A stretch of DNA of 63,401 nt, the filler included, from Hausera hauseri (Eukaryota): NCBI GenBank assembly GCA_046269625.1. It is 9 parts of 9 records of this genome, joined end to end, with 100 filler letters (N's around TTAATTAATTAA, not from the genome) between each part and the next. Parts side by side here need not be neighbours in the genome. Positions count along the whole stretch, not along the records: positions 54,794 to 63,401 come from JBJURY010584333.1; 8 more parts are not named here. One strand, written 5' to 3'. A program made the translations under genes and the position numbers. This document shows positions 58,201 through 63,401 of the stretch, piece after piece; the stretch's first letter is position 1; each line of letters opens with the position of its first letter. The notes below the pieces were generated by a model. It ran no database searches, was not told the origin of the DNA, and saw nothing but the letters and a program-made list of their open reading frames with translations.

Positions 58201-58890
58201 ACCAATCTTCTAATTGAATTTTTGCAAAGAGCCTATCTTCGATTACCGTACCGTAATAACTTGGTGCTATTTGGGGGTGTCGTATCGCGGACACCTTATA
58301 TCCGTTGGTGGTAACTTCAGTGGTTCCAACTGGTTGATCGATTAATTGTCTTAACTCTCCAATTGGGTATAGTTTGTTATTCGTGTCATTTGCATTTTCT
58401 ATTCCCTGGTTTCGTACTGGCGGCTGGATTTCTTGTTTCCGGAGATTGTGTGTGTCGCAGCTTCTGGTAAATGTCGACTACACTTCGTTTGGTCTAGGTA
58501 TTTTAGGTGAATAAATTATACCGTGATCGTCGACTGCCGAGCAACGATGTGGGGCAGACGTTCTTTCCGTTTCGTGGGTCTTACGCAATATCTTGTAGTG
58601 TTTTGTTCCTTCGTAGGGATCCTCTAGACTAAACGGCGTCCGATAGATGCTTGTCTGGCACGAACTCATAGATTGTTTCTCACAGTCTTCATATATAGGT
58701 GCCGTTGGCGGCAGTATAGGTAATGGTAGTTTCATAACATAGTAGTTTTTGTGCCTGTTCAACTTGGAGTTAATGTCTCCTCCCTTAAGCTCGTTATCGT
58801 CAGAGTTATTTCTTCGTGTACTAATATCTATGAATTTTTCCTGTAATCGAACATGTGTCTTTTATGTTTTCGATTATGGTATCTAACATG

Positions 58891-60760
58891 TCACTCAACG
58901 TCTGCTTTCCATCTATTCTCTTCATAAGCCTTTAAGAATTTACCGATAAGTGTTATAATAGCTGCTAGAATCTTACACAAGAATCCTGTCAAAATGAATA
59001 TTTCGTATACATTTGTAATCGCTTGAATTATTGCTTTGACTAGTTGAATCAAGAAATCAATTGCTAGGAATCCTAAGGCGGCTTCTCCAAATATCAGGAA
59101 TCTCCACCAAATTTTGTACAATAATTCCGTAGTTACTCTTCGGTAGTAGTTGACATTGAGCAATGATTCCAACTTGGCTTGATAACGCGAGTCCTCTAGT
59201 ATTGTATGCATAGCTCTGTTTAATTCATGTGTGCGCTGACGGAGGAAAGCGAGAAATTGTCTCAGCGCCTCTACTTCTTTCGATCGGTAAATCCCTTTTG
59301 CGGCGGTGTCTTGAAATTTATCATCGGTTATTCCTTTTATTAAATTTGTTCCGGTTAATTTGGTAGGTGGCGTAATTATGCCGCCATTTGGTAAACTTAC
59401 ATAATCGGTTTCAATACGTCTGAACATTAGTTCGCCTAGACTAGTCTTGCCGTCTCTCAGAATTGTAGGCTGAGTAGAGTTTCCCAATAATACTCTAGTA
59501 ATTGGTGTTACTAACCTTGGTACGTCTTGGTATATTACTGGAAGTTCCTGTATACACCTCTTCTCTTCAACATTAATAGGCACATCTTTCTTTTCACATT
59601 CATAGGTTAGTATGACTTTTCCGGTTACCCGTCCAAAAACGCCTTCTTTCATCAGAATTATTGGTGATACTAATTCAGTATTAGCATATATTAAAGATAG
59701 TTTAGTCCACATGACATTCAGGTCCAATTTGCAATCATTTGTTATCATTTTGTGATATAACTCGGCTATTCCAGCTTGTCCTTTATAGAAGAAATAGTCG
59801 TCTCTGTTTCTCAAATAATTCCCAATTCGAATATCTTGAGTCTCGAGCTTAAACATCCTGGCGTTTATCTTCGTCTCAGCAACAAAGAATGCATCATAAT
59901 TGGTGGCGTAAATTATGACATCGCATCTTGTGAGTACATTTTTCTTCACAAATGTCAATCCATAAGGATCAGAAATCAGTATAATAGGTGTGGACTGTTC
60001 GGCCACATCTCGCGTTTTAGAGTAAGTTTCCGTGCTAATTGTGTATCGTTTCCCTGTCATCTCATTAAATGTAAGTTCTTTAATTATGATAAAATTGCAA
60101 TCGGTCTTGGCTGGGGGTTCCCAAATTACCACGTAGCTTCTAAAAGAGCAAGTACCTTCCTGAATGTGGCACTTCTAGTTTTCCGTGTAAAGTTTAGTAA
60201 CGCTATGGAACATTACCTTTTGTAGGCGTATCTCGGTTTCGTAAATATCTACCACTAAGATGTTCGACTCCAGTACCTTTCCAGCATCGTACTCCGTGCC
60301 ACGACAATGTACGGTATGCATATCTAGTCTCCCTGCTGCCACTTTGTATATTCTGATTATCTTTCCTTGTTGCATTTCCAATTCCATGCCATCCCATTTT
60401 AATCTTCCAGCCTCTCTAGCTTGCTTAGAGTGCTGACGTTCTAAGTTCATCGGAATTGGTGATGTTGTGGCGTTATTATCGATGAATGTCCATGTACCAA
60501 TCCACAATGGAAAATGCTGCGAGATCGTCGCAACGTACATTCTATTTCGTGTAATGTAACTAGTTTGCGTTGTTGATACATCACGTAATTTTCTCTTTTC
60601 TTTCTAATTTATGTGGTCTCGCGCCTTTACACATTTCTAAGTTCATTAATGAGTATTTTGGCCCAGTTTAAATTTGTCGCAGTCGTACACTGTAATAGCA
60701 CCCATTTGTCTTATTAACACATCACGGTTAAGAAGTTAATTAACCAGTTTGGTTCGTTTC
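58891..60760 (-). pseudogene. Chuvirus/Jingchuvirales-like class III (gB-type) envelope glycoprotein
   Basis: Across frames: VYDC; ECTLRRSRSIFHCGLVHGHS; AG...CRGTEY; C...GTC...VIWEP...CNF; GVFGRVTGKVILTYEC; CIQELPV...TPITRVL; GIY; C-terminal WWRFLIFG..TM helices. Confidence 0.8.
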
Positions 60761-60869
60761 CTCTATTATTTCCCGTTACGCTTCGTAACAAGTCTTCAAA
60801 TCTATTATTGCCAAGGAAGGGCCTATTTTGACGTTCTTTTTTTTCAAATAACTTCAACCAGTTTACTTC

Positions 60870-63368
60870 TCAAGGCAGTTTCTTGGCAGCCTTCCTTGCC
60901 AAGCTAGTGGTCTTATTAAATTCGTTTTTTCGGACAGGATTGTTTTTAACGGCAAAATATAGTAACACTTTTCTTAACTCCTCCACGGTGTTTTCTACCA
61001 TAATTTTCTCGATTACCACTTCATCGCTTAAGGTGCTTTGGGATAATTTACACCGAAAATTTTTCATGGCTTTGGCTGCATTAAATATAGCTTTTCCTTT
61101 CTCGTCTAGTATATCGCCACTGAGACTAGAGTGGTTTACTATACCTATCAATTTTTTCATGAGTTCATTCAGTTCTTTGTCATCTGCACTGAAGGTCGGT
61201 ACGGACATTTGTCTCAATTCTCTAATTAAGTCCCCATTATAATCGATTTCTTGTATATTTCGCAGCCTACCGACAGGATGCTTCTGTTTTGTTACAGTCG
61301 GTGCGGTATCACTGGTTGGTACTAGATTCTTATTACATTGTTCCTTGTCTTCATCCGTTTTCAAGTATTCGAAGTACATTGCTACATCTCAAATTCCTAC
61401 AATTCGTCCTACCCACTGTTCAGTCTTCGCCTTTCTGGTGGCCACATTTTTTGTTTCGTCGGTGGGAATTGTTACTACTATCCGGTTTGTTTCATCTGGA
61501 ATAATTACAACTTCTATTAGTAGTTACAGTTCGTCTAATATTCTTCCTCTAAAATAAAGTCTACAGTTTAGCTCATTTGTATGACCATTACTCCTTAACC
61601 GCAGTGCTACATCCTTCACAAAGGACCGCTTAGTAAACTCGTGCTCCTTCTCGTCCATCCAGCCAGACGTTTTTCTTACTTTAATCGTCTCTTCGGGCCT
61701 TGTCTTTAAGAATTGAGCATATTCTTTGATTAAAAGTTTTCGTGCAGAAATGTAAATCGTACCTCCGCTGGCTAATTTAGTTAGGGTGGGAACTAACTGT
61801 CTTAACTGATTTTCGGTAAGGTTTACCTAGGGTAACTTAATTAGTTTCCTTTCAGTTTGTGCCGAGCTGAGAAGCATCTCCACACTGAATCTCTGATCTG
61901 GTGGACACGTCTCTGTTTCATACAAGAACACTGGAGTTTTCGGGTTTTCGGTGACTATTGCATTTACATACGCGTCCCATTCGTTTTCGTTTTTGGGTAG
62001 TCCGAAATTAATCTCCGGAGTTTCTAACGGCCAGACTAAGTTCAAATCCTTTACTGATTCGCTTAGTTCCCGTAGTTTTTATTGCATTATAATTATTTTT
62101 GTGGTTCGGAAACAACGTCCGTTTCCGAACGTTTGGCGTAATACTGTTAGCAGCTGACATAATTCTTCGGCTGATATAAATCCTAGTTCTTGATAATTAG
62201 TTAGCTCAAAGGCTACGTCTCTTTGCCATCTTTGCACAAATTGTAACTTGTCAGCATTTTCTGCTTCTGTAAGAGCATACTTAATTTTATAGATTTCGAG
62301 TTCTTTAGTTAGTTCGTCTAATCTTACCGCTCTCTGTTTGGTTTTAATGCAAGTTTCTTCAACTTGTCGTATCTGTGGCAACAATTGTCTTATTTTCTCG
62401 TCACTAATTTCTGCCATTTTCACCATAAGCAATGCTAATTCAATCATCTCATTAATAATTTTTGAGTCTGGGTCTATCTCATAATGCAACTTTTTTACAA
62501 ACTTCGCCACCCATCCTTTCTTGTGGGTGGTGTAAGAACATCACTGCTTCTTCGAGGGCCGACTGATATTTTGGGAAAATATCTAAAGTTCTGAGATCTC
62601 AAACCGTTATCTCGTAGATATGTTTGGCCGTTAGATGTTGCATTTTTTCTAGGCGGCTTTTCTTAATCTTGGATAAAGTCACAAGTCAAATTCCGTTTTT
62701 GTATAAAATTTGTTTCTTCTATCATTTTATATATCTTAGAGTATTGTCATTTCTTGTTTCTTCTTCATAAAGGTTAATTTGCGCAATGCCTCAAATTGGG
62801 CCCGGATGTCAATCTCCCCCTTCATCGTATCTAAATTTCGTGCGTCTTCTTCTAAGTGTTTCTTTACTGTAGGCTCGCTCTCTGAAAATTATTTCCTGCG
62901 ACTTTCCACCAGTTTACTCAACCTCGTTATTACTCTGGACCTCTCATTCAATTGGTTAACTATTTCTGGTTTTGCCCATATTGCTTGGTCTAACGTTTTG
63001 TGAGCGTCTTCTAGTTCATCATATGGACCTTTAATAAAATCAATGATCTGACGGGCGTAGTTGAGCTCATCTTTATACTCATCAAGCTCGAGGATACAGG
63101 TCGTAATTATTTTCTGTGTTTCGTCATTATTCGTTTGCATAAATCTATTTCTCAGACTGCATATTCGCGATTTTTTTTCGGTTTCAATTTTAATCCGATT
63201 TTCCAGGCTTGTATATTGTTTTGTTGCGGTAGAAGCGATTTTTCTTATTTCCATTAAGGGTGGAATATCTATTGAGTCTATGCCTAACATCTCTAGATAA
63301 ATTTTATTTCGTTCTTTTACCGGCTTTTCCTTGAGTCGTTCGACTATGGCAAATCTAATTTCATTCAT
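60870..63368 (-). CDS. Series of unknown helical/coiled-coil ORFs (60870-61379, 61827-62045, 62079-62510, 62889-63368), possibly one decayed polyprotein
   Basis: All on the same strand as G and pol with similar composition; no family recognised. Confidence 0.45.
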
Positions 63369-63401
63369 GATGCGCTCTAAGTTACACGTTTTCTTTTTAA
63401 T

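Noticed and set aside
1-63401. CRISPR arrays, rRNA, hammerhead ribozymes
   Set aside because: None seen by eye; an Infernal/Rfam scan would be needed to exclude small RNAs.

Overview
The window is not one locus. It is nine contigs joined by 100-nt N/TTAATTAATTAA/N spacers: 1-12524, 12625-18436, 18537-22845, 22946-27044, 27145-33939, 34040-40713, 40814-45194, 45295-54693 and 54794-63401. Contig 1 is bacterial, probably betaproteobacterial. It carries a partial mltF, tRNA-Ser(CGA), a mazEF-type toxin-antitoxin pair, a porin, a YoaA/DinG helicase and a complete PHA cluster (phaP-phaP-phaA-phaB-phaE-phaC-phaR) with a class III synthase. The other eight contigs are AT-rich eukaryotic DNA, probably from an invertebrate, and are dominated by mobile elements: Ty3/Gypsy LTR elements (one with intact gag and pol), a decayed Maverick/Polinton, mariner and pogo remnants, and processed pseudogenes (Aurora kinase, cullin). 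The most unusual observations are: (i) a Ty3/Gypsy-type element with a chuvirus-like class III glycoprotein placed upstream of PR-RT-RH-IN, behind several kb of unknown ORFs; (ii) two diverged LTR-like repeats that each encode the same unknown protein, with strong synonymous-substitution bias; (iii) a Polinton carrying TBP-like, dUTPase, DEDD-exonuclease and RING genes, with an introner-like palindrome inside the dUTPase; (iv) a textbook -1 frameshift signal and an LTR shared between two Gypsy relatives; (v) a candidate anti-Shine-Dalgarno sRNA in a phasin 3' UTR. All protein family assignments come from recognising motifs by eye; no database search was run.
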